A stretch of 64,000 bases of DNA from Vicinamibacteria bacterium. GTDB lineage: Bacteria > Acidobacteriota > Vicinamibacteria > Fen-336 > JAGNNV01. The DNA lies in NCBI GenBank assembly GCA_031392925.1, contig JANMVV010000158.1, positions 8,760-72,759 of the forward strand. Reading direction: 5' to 3'. Positions 28,216 through 37,369 of this stretch are shown here, in pieces (within the stretch, counting starts at the first letter, position 1; each line of letters starts with the position of its first letter). A model generated the notes under the pieces. That model saw nothing but the letters and a program-made list of their open reading frames with translations. It was not told where the DNA came from and did no database searches. The position numbers were made by a program, and so were the translations under genes.

Positions 28216-28839
28216 TCAATCGATCCGCACGGGCTTCGCCTTGAGCGCCACTTTTCCGTCCTGAAGGGCCACCCGGAAATCCACGGCCACCGCGTCCTTC
28301 TCCTCGAGCAAGCGGGTGCGCTGCTGGGCGATGAGCTTCTTGAAGGACTCGAACTTCACCTCCGACTCGCCCACCGAGGCGCGCGCCGCCTTGAACTGCT
28401 CGTACAGGACCTTCACTCCCTGCTCGTCTTCGCGCAGGGTGCTGAGACGCACTTCCACTCGGGCGCCGGCCCCGGGGTCCACGGCCCTCGACCCAGCCAG
28501 GAGCGGCGGCGCCGCCGCGGTGGTGGCGGAGGCTTCGGCCGCGTCGCGCACGTGCTTGAGCTGGACGGAGGAGAGCGGCCGCCCTTCCTCGATGGCGCGG
28601 AGCTTGCGGTTCCACAAGTCGGAAAGCGTGTTGTACTTCGCGGTGAGGGACTGGAATCTGAACCGCTCGATATTGTTCCGAATCTCCACACCCACGTAAC
28701 GGCGCACCAGCCGATCCAGCCGCTGCTTGGCCTCGAACGGAGCCTTGCGCTCCTGCCCCGAGAAGAACCGCTCCCATTCCTTCTGGAGCTTGAAGATCCC
28801 CTGGTCGATCTTCTCGAGATCTTCCTCTAGCGCGCTCAT
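28216..28839 (-). CDS. Hypothetical cytoplasmic protein (charged, helical)
   Basis: It has good GC3 bias and no recognisable motifs. Confidence 0.5.
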   Translation of the reverse strand: MSALEEDLEKIDQGIFKLQKEWERFFSGQERKAPFEAKQRLDRLVRRYVGVEIRNNIERFRFQSLTAKYNTLSDLWNRKLRAIEEGRPLSSVQLKHVRDAAEASATTAAAPPLLAGSRAVDPGAGARVEVRLSTLREDEQGVKVLYEQFKAARASVGESEVKFESFKKLIAQQRTRLLEEKDAVAVDFRVALQDGKVALKAKPVRID

Positions 28840-28882
28840 CGATAGAACCCCGACCCGATTCCCGAGATCAAGGCCATGGCCA

Positions 28883-29284
28883 TCACTCCTTCACGAAGAA
28901 GGACATGAGAGGAAGCCACAGCTCGTGGCCGTAGGGAGCCTTCCGGCCCGCCACCAGGATCTCGCTGCCCGGGCGCGCGGCCACGAGCGAAGCCACGTCG
29001 CGCAATAGGGACGCCTGCTCGGTCCGGAATTCGGCGCGATAGCGCGTGATCGAGCCTTCCTTGAAGGTGCTGAAGGATGCGGCCTGCCCGGAAAGCCGCT
29101 TCGCCCTCGTCACCACGTCATCCTCGGAGTCGTCGAACACCACCGAAATGGCGAAAGGCTTCTGCCGGCGGCCCGGGTAGAGGATCTCCACCAGTTCGTC
29201 GGACATGCCTTCGATGTTCTCTTCGACCTTCGGCACCACAGGGGGCAGACGGTCGGCATACGTCGGAACGCGGTCCCGGCTCAT
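28883..29284 (-). CDS. Hypothetical protein (133 aa)
   Basis: It has coding bias and lies in the co-directional array. Confidence 0.45.
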   Translation of the reverse strand: MSRDRVPTYADRLPPVVPKVEENIEGMSDELVEILYPGRRQKPFAISVVFDDSEDDVVTRAKRLSGQAASFSTFKEGSITRYRAEFRTEQASLLRDVASLVAARPGSEILVAGRKAPYGHELWLPLMSFFVKE

Positions 29285-29330
29285 CGTGATCGATGAATCT
29301 TATCGGTTCCGCGCGGCTTGGGGCGAAGGG

Positions 29331-30605
29331 CTATTTCGAGGCTCCGTCCAGAGCCTCGATGGTCGCGGTGGAGGCCGGCCGTTCGGTCTTGAGGCGCGCG
29401 GCGATCTGCTCGTTGGCGGCCCAGACCCGGAGGATGTTCTCGCCCACCAGCTTCTTCACGTCCGCGTCGGTCCAGCCCCGGCGCAGAAGCTCGGCCACGA
29501 GATGGGGATACTTCGAAACATCCTCCAGGCCGTCGGGCAACTCGTCGGTGCCGTCGTAGTCGCCTCCGAGGCCAATGTGGTCGACCCCGGCGATCCGGCG
29601 GATGTGCTCGATGTGGTTGGCGACCTGCTCGAGGGTCGCGTTCTTCGTCTTGAACTGCGCGGTGACTTCGGCGGTGATCCGCTTCATCGTGGCCTCATCG
29701 GTGACTCCCTCGAGCTTCGCCTTCAGGGCGTCGCGACGCTCGCGGCCCTTGGTGGCGACGTCCTGGGAGATGAAGCCGGGAACGAAGGTCACCATCACCA
29801 CACCTCCATTCGACGCCAGCTGGCGCAGGATCGCGTCGGGGACATTGCGCGGCACGTCGCACAGGGCGCGGGCCGAGCTGTGCGAGAAGATCACCGGCGA
29901 GGCGCTGACCCGAATCGCGTCCTCCATGGTCTTTGGGGAGACGTGAGAGAGATCGATCATCATGCCGAGACGGTTCATCTCGCGAACCACCTCCTCGCCG
30001 AACTTCGTGAGCCCCCCGTGCGTCGCGGGGCCCGCGGCCGCGTCGGCCCAGTCCAGAGTCACGTTGTGGGTGAGGGTCAGGTAGCGCGCGCCCAGAGCGT
30101 AGAAGGCGCGCAGGGCGCCGAGGGAGTTCTCGATGGCGTGACCGCCCTCCATCCCGAGCATCGACGCGACCTTGCCCCGGCGGAAGATGGGGAGGACCTG
30201 GGACGCGTTGAGCGCGAGTTCGAGACGGTCGGGATATTTCTGGATGACCCGGCGGGCGATGTCGATCTGTTCGAGCTGCACCTTCGCATAGCCGAGCTTC
30301 TTCGTTTCCTCCTCGCCCGGAATGTAAACGGACCAGAACTGCCCCCCCATCATCCCCTGGGCCATTCTTGGAAGATCGGTCTGGCCGGGCGCGGTCTTGC
30401 GAAGGTCGTAGGCCTCGACGTCCTTGGGACTCTCCTTGGAGATCCGAATGGCCCAGGGAACGTCATTGTGGCCATCGATCAGGGGCGTGACCTTGAGGAT
30501 GGCCCGGGCGCGCGTCAGGAAGGGATCGGCGGCGGTCTTTGAAGCGGTCGGCACGGCGGGAGCCCCCTGAAGAAGCGTCATCACGGCGAAGGCGGTTGTG
30601 ATCAT
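29331..30605 (-). CDS. Membrane dipeptidase, peptidase family M19
   Basis: It has a signal peptide and the M19 motifs (LIDGHNDVPWAIR, HVSP...). Confidence 0.85.
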   Translation of the reverse strand: MITTAFAVMTLLQGAPAVPTASKTAADPFLTRARAILKVTPLIDGHNDVPWAIRISKESPKDVEAYDLRKTAPGQTDLPRMAQGMMGGQFWSVYIPGEEETKKLGYAKVQLEQIDIARRVIQKYPDRLELALNASQVLPIFRRGKVASMLGMEGGHAIENSLGALRAFYALGARYLTLTHNVTLDWADAAAGPATHGGLTKFGEEVVREMNRLGMMIDLSHVSPKTMEDAIRVSASPVIFSHSSARALCDVPRNVPDAILRQLASNGGVVMVTFVPGFISQDVATKGRERRDALKAKLEGVTDEATMKRITAEVTAQFKTKNATLEQVANHIEHIRRIAGVDHIGLGGDYDGTDELPDGLEDVSKYPHLVAELLRRGWTDADVKKLVGENILRVWAANEQIAARLKTERPASTATIEALDGASK

Positions 30606-30674
30606 GTGTCCTCGTGTCGGCCGGAAGGGGCAGAGCCCGTTTCGAGGGCTCGGCGCGGCCTGAAGGCTCGAAGC

Positions 30675-32801
30675 TTAGAGCTTGAAGTCGATTTGAATGG
30701 CGACCCAGGCCCGGCCGGGTTTGCCGTTGAGGGTGGCCGGCTTGTACTTGCGCCGTTTCACGTTGTCGAGCGCGGCCTGATTGAGGCCCGAGGTGCCGGC
30801 AACACCGCGGATGAGGCGGACTTCGGCCACGTTTCCCTGCTCGTCCACCAGCGCCGAGACCACCACGCTTCCGGTGATCCTCTGCGCACGGGCTATGGGC
30901 GGATACTCGATCCTGAACTGCGAGACGAGAATCGGGGCCACCACCACCGGGTCGGAGAGATCGAGCAGTGCCGGACCTCCGGCGGGCGCCGGGGCCGCGG
31001 CGGCTCCCGCGGGCGGCGGGACTGCAGCCGTGGGTGGGGGCGAGGCGGGGGAAGCGGCCACGGGAGCGGGCGTGCTCGCCGGAGCGATGGACGGGGATGC
31101 GGCGGCGGCCTCGAATGCTTTCGCGACCTCCGCGGCCCTCGCGGCCTCGGCGGCGCGAGTTTCCTCCGCCTTCTTCCTCTCCTCTTCGATCTTCAGACGC
31201 TCGGCCTGCAGACGGGCCTCCTGATCGGCCTGGGCCTTCTTCCTCGCTTCGTCCTGGGCCTTTTGCAGTTCCGCCGGATCGACGGCCCGGCCTTTCGCCT
31301 TGGCCTGAGCTTCGATCGTCTTCTTCGCTTCGTCCGCCGCCTTCTGTTCGGCCGCGACCTTTTCAGCCTCGAGCGCCGCGAGGCGCGACTCGAGCTCGCG
31401 AACCCGAGCGAGGGCCGCCGTCTCCGCCGCGTTCATGGTGGGCGCGGTGGCAGGGCCGGGAGTCGGAGCGGCGGAGCGCGTGAGGAAATAGCCCGCGACC
31501 GCCGCAACCACGACCACCCCGATGACAACCGGCGCCACGGGGAAGCCCTTCTTCTCGGCCAGGATGCTCTGGAAGAGCTGGTCTTCAGCCGGGCTCGGAG
31601 GCGCCGGGCTCGCCGCCGGCGCCGGAACGCGGCTGATGCGCCCCGAGTCGTGCTTGACCGGTTCAAACTTGGCGGCTTCCGCCTTGAAGGCCTCGGGCCG
31701 GATCGCGTCCATCCGAAGCGTGCTGTCGAGGGCGGCCCTGGGCGGAGCGGCGGGCGTCGACGCCGGCCCGCCGTGGACCAGGCCGGAGGCCGAGACCACC
31801 GTTGGCGCGGCCGCGGCGGGGGGAGCGCTCATCTCGGCGAGATACGGCCGGTAGTCCGCGTTCTTTTCGGCCTTGATCCGGGCCGCGTCGTCGTCTCCCT
31901 CGTCACGGAAAAGAGTGTGCATGAAGAACGCAAGATTGAACGTGGTCGGCGAATAGTCGCCGGAGAAGAGCAGAGTGTCGACCGCCTTCTTGAACGCGGT
32001 CGCATCCTTGAACCTCCGGCCCGGATCCTCGGCCAGGGCCTGGCCGAGGAGCGCCGCCAGCGCTTTGGGGATGGGCGCCCCGTCCGTTCCGGGCGACTGG
32101 ATCCTCGCGGCTTCGATGCTCTTGAGCGTCGATTCCGTCCGGGGCAGGGCCACCCCGGTGAGCATCTCGAAGAGTTGCGCGCCGAGACTGAAGATATCGG
32201 CCCTGATGTCGAGGGGCGCCGTCCCTTCCAGTTCAGGGGCGAGGAACCTGGCCTCGCGGACCCCCACGCAATTCGCGTTGCGCAGGACGCGAGGCGGCAG
32301 TCCGAAACCGCGGACACTGACTTCGCCGTCATGGGACACGTGGATGAATTCCGGAACCAGGAAGCCGTGGGTCTGCTTCTTACCCTGGGCCGCCTCGAGA
32401 GCGGCCGCGGCCTTGCTCGCGATCAGGAGGGCGTGGTCGGCGGCGAAAGGGTGGCCCTCGGCCTGCGACCGCTCCATGAGCGCGCCCACCGATCGGCCGT
32501 CGAACAGTTCATATGCCGAAAACGCCGTCTTGTCGAGGCGTCCGGCCTCGAAGCCGCGGACCACCTGCGCGTGCTGGACCGCCAGTCCGTTTTTCAGCCC
32601 GTCGGCCAGAGCCTGGGCGACCTCGGGGGCCAGGAGTTCGGAGCGAAACAGCTGGACATGCCGCTCGTATCCCGAGGTCCCCAGTTGTATGGCGCGAAAG
32701 AACGAGCCAGCGCTGGTTCGCGCGTCCTCGGACTGCAGGACGAACCGACCGTATCGCTCTTTGGTCTCCACGTGGCGCCTCGCTTCACGGACAGCAAACA
32801 C
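30675..32801 (-). CDS. Membrane pseudokinase (degenerate Hanks-type kinase fold) - TolA-like coiled coil - TonB C-terminal domain fusion
   Basis: The kinase-like domain retains APE/subdomain IX-XI (FLAPELEGTAPLDIRADIFSLGAQLFEMLTG) but has lost catalytic residues. HRD has become HGF, DFG has become GFG, the beta3 Lys is replaced by Gln (HVQLF), and the Gly-loop is degenerate. One TM helix follows, then a Lys/Ala/Glu coiled coil (EEERKKAEETRAAEAAR...), then a TonB_C domain (EYPPIARAQRITGSVVVSALVDEQGNVAEVRLIRG...LDNVKRRKYKPA...). Confidence 0.8.
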   Translation of the reverse strand: MFAVREARRHVETKERYGRFVLQSEDARTSAGSFFRAIQLGTSGYERHVQLFRSELLAPEVAQALADGLKNGLAVQHAQVVRGFEAGRLDKTAFSAYELFDGRSVGALMERSQAEGHPFAADHALLIASKAAAALEAAQGKKQTHGFLVPEFIHVSHDGEVSVRGFGLPPRVLRNANCVGVREARFLAPELEGTAPLDIRADIFSLGAQLFEMLTGVALPRTESTLKSIEAARIQSPGTDGAPIPKALAALLGQALAEDPGRRFKDATAFKKAVDTLLFSGDYSPTTFNLAFFMHTLFRDEGDDDAARIKAEKNADYRPYLAEMSAPPAAAAPTVVSASGLVHGGPASTPAAPPRAALDSTLRMDAIRPEAFKAEAAKFEPVKHDSGRISRVPAPAASPAPPSPAEDQLFQSILAEKKGFPVAPVVIGVVVVAAVAGYFLTRSAAPTPGPATAPTMNAAETAALARVRELESRLAALEAEKVAAEQKAADEAKKTIEAQAKAKGRAVDPAELQKAQDEARKKAQADQEARLQAERLKIEEERKKAEETRAAEAARAAEVAKAFEAAAASPSIAPASTPAPVAASPASPPPTAAVPPPAGAAAAPAPAGGPALLDLSDPVVVAPILVSQFRIEYPPIARAQRITGSVVVSALVDEQGNVAEVRLIRGVAGTSGLNQAALDNVKRRKYKPATLNGKPGRAWVAIQIDFKL

Positions 32802-32887
32802 CGGGGCTTCCTTCCTCTTGAAGTCGGATCGCCCACCGCGGCTGTCGTCCCGAGAACGCTACACGCCGAGCGACCCCGAGGTCAATG

Positions 32888-33760
32888 TCAGCGCTCCGAC
32901 GAACCTGCCTTGAGAACCACGCGTCCGTGCAGGGGCGAGGTAAACACCGCCCCCTCGTCACGGTCGATCGAGACGCAGGTCCAGCCGTCGACGGCATCGC
33001 CCACCGAGATGACGCGGACCTCGTCGCCCACGCGAATGGAGACGCGGCTCTTCCCTTCCGAGACCAGGAACGCGACCAGGGCAAACGGCGGCGCGGGCGC
33101 CGGCTCGACCGCGGGGATCGTCCCGGCCGGATCGAGAGGGGCAGCGGAAGGCGTCAGAGGGCGGGGCGGGGCGAGCCTTCGCGGCGTCTTCGAGACCTCA
33201 GGCAAAGGTGCAGCCTCCGCCGGAGGCGGATCCGAACCCCCGGAGCAGGCCGGGGGCGCGGGGATGCTGCCGCCCGGAAGCGATTCAAACACTCCGGTGT
33301 TGGCGGAGATGGCCCAGTTCTCGCCCTTTTCTCGAATGGAGACACCGCGCAGGAAGGCTCCGCGGCCCGGATCCCCCAGCCTCTTTAGAAGCTCCACTAC
33401 TGAGCGGTGCGCCCCGGTGGCCTCCACCGTGGCGCCTCCCTCGGAACCGCCGGTCACGCTCAGGGCGAAGGGCGATAGCGAAAGGCCGGCGGTCGCGGCG
33501 ACCGCGCGCTGACGCAGCGACGCCGGATCCGAGGAAGCCCGGCAGACGGTTCCGAGAGCGCTGCCGATGCGGGCGCGAAGGGCCTTTGTCTCGCCCACCC
33601 CGCGCTCGGCCTTGACCCGGTCGCGCCGGATCTTGCTCTGCTGGCTCAGTCGAGTCTCCTGCTCGGCCCGCATGGGAGCGACGAGACCGAACCACACGAT
33701 CGCCGCCAGGAGCCACGGCGCGATCGCTTGGACCTCCCGGCTCGTCCGGCGTTTCATCAT
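32888..33760 (-). CDS. PilO-like + PilP-like fusion (T4P/T2SS inner-membrane alignment-subcomplex-like protein)
   Basis: It starts at MMKRR (Met249 of the long track ORF), and this ATG overlaps the upstream TGA as ATGA. It has an N-terminal TM, a periplasmic ferredoxin-like region, a Pro-rich linker, and a C-terminal beta domain (VAFLVSEGKSRVSIRVGDEVRVISVGDAV...) resembling the PilP/GspC pilot domain. The first 248 codons of the track ORF are out-of-frame overlap and not coding. Confidence 0.5.
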   Translation of the reverse strand: MMKRRTSREVQAIAPWLLAAIVWFGLVAPMRAEQETRLSQQSKIRRDRVKAERGVGETKALRARIGSALGTVCRASSDPASLRQRAVAATAGLSLSPFALSVTGGSEGGATVEATGAHRSVVELLKRLGDPGRGAFLRGVSIREKGENWAISANTGVFESLPGGSIPAPPACSGGSDPPPAEAAPLPEVSKTPRRLAPPRPLTPSAAPLDPAGTIPAVEPAPAPPFALVAFLVSEGKSRVSIRVGDEVRVISVGDAVDGWTCVSIDRDEGAVFTSPLHGRVVLKAGSSER

Positions 33761-34290
33761 CGCGCGATCCCCTTCGGACGATGAAGGGCCGCGACGGTCG
33801 CGCGGACCAGGCCGGGGCGGCTCTCTGACCCGGGACGGATATCGCTGAAGCGCGGCGCCTTCGAAAGGGCGCTCAGGAAGCGGTCGTAGGCCTCGGGCCC
33901 GCGGGCGACCACAGCCAGTTCCACGCGAGCGGTCGCATCCGGCTGGTACTCGATCCTGTAACTCATCACCGAGACGCCCTGGGGAAGAATCTCCCGCAGA
34001 TCGGCGATGATCCGCTCGGGCGACGACTCCACGCTGGCGGCCGCGACGAGGAGGTCCGGACTCTTGAGCAGCATCCGCTTTTCGCTCTCGGCCGACTGAG
34101 CGAGCGCCGCCGCCTCGGCCATCGCCTTGCGCATCGATCGATCCGCCGAAGAGGCGGCCATTCCCTCGCTGGCCGCGATGGCGAGCGCATACGCGAGGGC
34201 CACGAAGCCCGCGATCTGCACGCCTCGCCAGGCGCCTTGCGCTTCGTCGGCGAGGGCGCGCGAGCCGAATTCGGGGAGGCCGAGGCTCAC
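33757..34290 (-). CDS. PilN/PilO/GspM-like bitopic membrane protein
   Basis: It has a short cytoplasmic N-terminus, one TM (GVQIAGFVALAYALAIAASEG), a coiled coil and a ferredoxin-like periplasmic domain. Its GTG start overlaps the upstream stop as GTGA. Confidence 0.45.
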   Translation of the reverse strand: MSLGLPEFGSRALADEAQGAWRGVQIAGFVALAYALAIAASEGMAASSADRSMRKAMAEAAALAQSAESEKRMLLKSPDLLVAAASVESSPERIIADLREILPQGVSVMSYRIEYQPDATARVELAVVARGPEAYDRFLSALSKAPRFSDIRPGSESRPGLVRATVAALHRPKGIAR

Positions 34291-35135
34291 TTCGAAGCAC
34301 TCTCGTGGAAGAGGGACAGGAACGGAAACCGCTGAGGATCGGCGGCGCCGCGAAGGGCCGGTTCATCGAACGCGGTCTGGATCGTGACATCGCTGGCCTT
34401 GCCCCGCAGGGAGGAGGCGTCCTCGCCGAGCACGCGGATTTCCGAGACTTCGCTCGCCGCCCGCAGGGCTTCGTCGATCGAGCGCTGACCCCGGTCGTCT
34501 CCAAGGACGAGGAGACGGAGGTGGATCGCGTCCATGACCCCGGAAGCGTCGCGGACCGCGATGGCGCAGGCCGAGTCGCCGAAGATGAGATCCACCGTGC
34601 CCGGTCTCGGCGGGAGGCCGCGCAGGGCGGCGGAGAGCGAGGACGTGACCCGGGGGCGGCCGAATCCGAGCGAGGTCATCACCCTCTCGCCTTCCTCGAT
34701 CGTGGTTTTGAGCACGGCCTGGGCCAGCACCGCGCCGCGGTGGACCGAGGACGAGCGTTCCGACCGGACCTCGGACAGCGCGATCGGAAAAGGCAGGAGG
34801 GGGGCCAGCCGGAACCGGACCAGATCGGCTTCCTCCACCTCCGGAGCCTGCGTCTTCTTCATGGCGGAGAGGTCGACGATCGAAGGAAAGGAGGCGCCCA
34901 GGGGCAGGAGGAGCGTGGCGTCACCGGAAGGGGCCTTGAGTTCGCGGGAGAGGCGAGAGACCGCCTCCCTCGAATCGGCCAGGACATCGGAAAAGAGGTC
35001 GCCCCCGCTGGCGCGCGACGCGAACCGCTCCGAACCGAAACGTTCCAGGCGCGGGCCCGAGAAACCCTCCCGATAGACCGCGAGGGCGGCGCTGCGCGTG
35101 TCGACAAAGACGAGCGCCTTCTCGGAGAACCACAT
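34287..35135 (-). CDS. PilM/GspL-cytoplasmic-domain-like (actin-like ATPase fold) protein
   Basis: It has an N-terminal KALVFVDTRSAALAVYREGFSGPRLERFGSERF pattern matching the first beta-hairpin of PilM. It is soluble with no TM. Confidence 0.4.
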   Translation of the reverse strand: MWFSEKALVFVDTRSAALAVYREGFSGPRLERFGSERFASRASGGDLFSDVLADSREAVSRLSRELKAPSGDATLLLPLGASFPSIVDLSAMKKTQAPEVEEADLVRFRLAPLLPFPIALSEVRSERSSSVHRGAVLAQAVLKTTIEEGERVMTSLGFGRPRVTSSLSAALRGLPPRPGTVDLIFGDSACAIAVRDASGVMDAIHLRLLVLGDDRGQRSIDEALRAASEVSEIRVLGEDASSLRGKASDVTIQTAFDEPALRGAADPQRFPFLSLFHESASK

Positions 35136-35269
35136 GGGGACTCAATCTTAGGGTGTCTTTGCATCATATGAACCCCTTGACCCTTTCGCTAAGATCCGGG
35201 CAGTTGATTCCAATACGTCCGTGAACCCTCCGGGCGGTTCTCCCAGGCCCGGCTCAGAGTGGAGGTCCC

Positions 35270-37369
35270 ATGAAGGCTTTCGAGAGCACGCAGATCCGCA
35301 ACGTGGCGCTGGTCGGTCACGGAGGCTGCGGGAAGACCTCGATCGTGGCCGACGCTCTGTTCACCATGGGGGTGACGCCGAGGCTCGGCCACGTCACCGA
35401 TGGCACCGCGGCCACCGACTTCGACCCCGAGGAGATCGAGCGAAAGATTTCGATCCAGACTTCGGTCGCGAGCGGTGACTGGGCGGACACCCGCATCAAC
35501 CTCATCGACACGCCCGGATACGCGAACTTCGTGGGCGAGGCGCTCTCCGCTCTGCGGGCCGCCGATGCCGCCATCGAAGTGGTCGACGCGGTCGCGGGGC
35601 CGGAGGTGCAGACCCATCGCCTTTTTCACGCGGCCGAGGACATGGAGCTTCCGCGCGTCTTCGTGATCAATCGGATGGACCGCGAGAACGCCTCATTCGG
35701 CCACACCGTGGAGGCCCTGCGGAAGGCCTTCGGACGCACGGTCACTCCCATCGAGTTCCCCATCGGGGAAGGAGCCGCGTTCAAGGGTGTCGTCGACCTG
35801 GTGAACTCCAAGGCCTGGGCGTTTCTGGACGACGAGAGCGGCACCTTCAGCGAGTTCAAGATGACCAAGGATCTCGAGGAGGCGACGGTGCGCTTCCGCC
35901 AGGAGCTCGTGGAGGTGGTGGCCGAGACCGATGAGGCGCTCATGGCCGAGTTCTTCGACAAGGGGACGCTGTCGCCGGAAGCACTCGGGGAAGGACTGAA
36001 GAAGGCGTGCCAGCGCGGCCAGATCTTCCCCACCCTTCCCTTCTCTTCGATCAAGAACATCGGCGCGGCCCAGCTGCTGAACGCGATTGTCGCCTACCTG
36101 CCGAGCCCCACCGACCGGCCGGAGGTGAAGGGCAAGGGCCCCGCGGGCGAAGAGTCGAGGCCCTGCTCGGTGAGCGCGCCCGCCTCGGCCTTCGTGTTCA
36201 AGACCATCTCCGATCCGCACGCCGGACGCCTCTCCTTCGTGCGCGTGGTCTCGGGAAAGTTCAATCACGACCTCACCATCACGGTTTTGAGCCGCGACGT
36301 CCAGGAGCGCGTGGGGGCCTTGTCCCACGTGGTCGGGAAGACCCTCGTCCCCGCCACCGAACTGATCGCCGGCGACATTGGCGTGATCGCAAAACTCAAG
36401 GAGGCCCACACTGGAGACACGCTCTCCGACAAGGCCCGCCCGATCACCTTCCCGCCCATCGACTGGCCGGAAACCCTCACCACCTTCGCGATCGCGCCGA
36501 AGACGCGGGGCGACGACGACAAGATCGGCATCGCGATGAGCCGCCTCATCGAAGAAGACCCGGTCCTGAAACTCGAGCATGCCACCGAGACCCATGAGCT
36601 GCTCCTGCGCGGCCTCGGCCAGCTCCACATCGAGACCGTCGTCTCCAAGCTCGCCAAGCGCTACAAGGTGGAGGTGAACCTCAAGCGCCCCACCATCCCC
36701 TATCGCGAGACCATCAAGGCTTCGGCCGACGGCCACGGGCGCCACAAGAAGCAGACCGGCGGTCACGGCCAGTTCGCGGACTGCAAGATCACCATGCGTC
36801 CCCTGGCGCGCGGGGAAGACTTCAAGTACATCAACGGCACCTTCGGCGGCTCCATTCCCAGGAACTTCCTGCCCGCCATCGAGAAGGGCATCCAGGAAAG
36901 CCGCAAGCGCGGCGTCATCGCGGGCTGTCCCATGGTGGACTTCGAAGTGGAGGTCACCGACGGCCAGTTTCATGACGTCGACTCCTCGGAAATGGCCTTC
37001 AAGATCGCGGGGTCGCTGGCCTTCAAAGACGCGGTCGCGAAGTGCCGGCCCACCCTGCTCGAGCCCATGATGGCGGTGGAGGTGGTGATGCCCGAGGAGT
37101 TCGCGGGGGCGGTGATGGGCGACCTGTCCAGCCGTCGCGGCCGGCCCCAGGGCATGGAGCCTTTCCGCGATCTTCAGAAGATCAAGGCGGAGGTCCCGCT
37201 GGCCGAACTCGAGACCTTCGATCAGGACCTCACCTCTCTTACCGGCGGCCGCGGTTCCTTTCACATGGAGTTGATCCGGTACGATGAGGTGCCGGGCCAC
37301 CTTCTCGATAAGGTGGCGGCCGAGATCCGGGCTCACCGACCCGGAGACCATCACAAGGAAGAGGAATAG
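35270..37369 (+). CDS. Elongation factor G paralog (EF-G-like) with degenerate GTPase switch II
   Basis: It has the full five-domain EF-G length and retains the domain IV tip ([14 protein letters not shown]). G1 is GHGGCGKTS rather than [10 protein letters not shown]3 is DTPGY rather than DTPGH, so the catalytic His is replaced by Tyr. G4 is NRMD. Confidence 0.8.
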   Translation: MKAFESTQIRNVALVGHGGCGKTSIVADALFTMGVTPRLGHVTDGTAATDFDPEEIERKISIQTSVASGDWADTRINLIDTPGYANFVGEALSALRAADAAIEVVDAVAGPEVQTHRLFHAAEDMELPRVFVINRMDRENASFGHTVEALRKAFGRTVTPIEFPIGEGAAFKGVVDLVNSKAWAFLDDESGTFSEFKMTKDLEEATVRFRQELVEVVAETDEALMAEFFDKGTLSPEALGEGLKKACQRGQIFPTLPFSSIKNIGAAQLLNAIVAYLPSPTDRPEVKGKGPAGEESRPCSVSAPASAFVFKTISDPHAGRLSFVRVVSGKFNHDLTITVLSRDVQERVGALSHVVGKTLVPATELIAGDIGVIAKLKEAHTGDTLSDKARPITFPPIDWPETLTTFAIAPKTRGDDDKIGIAMSRLIEEDPVLKLEHATETHELLLRGLGQLHIETVVSKLAKRYKVEVNLKRPTIPYRETIKASADGHGRHKKQTGGHGQFADCKITMRPLARGEDFKYINGTFGGSIPRNFLPAIEKGIQESRKRGVIAGCPMVDFEVEVTDGQFHDVDSSEMAFKIAGSLAFKDAVAKCRPTLLEPMMAVEVVMPEEFAGAVMGDLSSRRGRPQGMEPFRDLQKIKAEVPLAELETFDQDLTSLTGGRGSFHMELIRYDEVPGHLLDKVAAEIRAHRPGDHHKEEE

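Noticed and set aside
30606-33512. 968-aa plus-strand ORF opposite the pseudokinase/Pil-like genes
   Set aside because: It is antisense to genes with clear domain signatures. Its translation is R/G-rich with no motifs, and it spans two genes that are separated by an intergenic gap on the other strand.
33761-34504. N-terminal 248 codons of the track ORF 32888..34504
   Set aside because: This part overlaps the PilN/O-like gene in another frame and is R/P/G-rich junk. The real gene starts at the ATG-ATG (MMKRR) at 33760, coupled by ATGA to the upstream stop.
35693-37354. 553-aa minus-strand ORF opposite the EF-G-like gene
   Set aside because: It is antisense to a full-length EF-G homolog. It is a spurious high-GC ORF.
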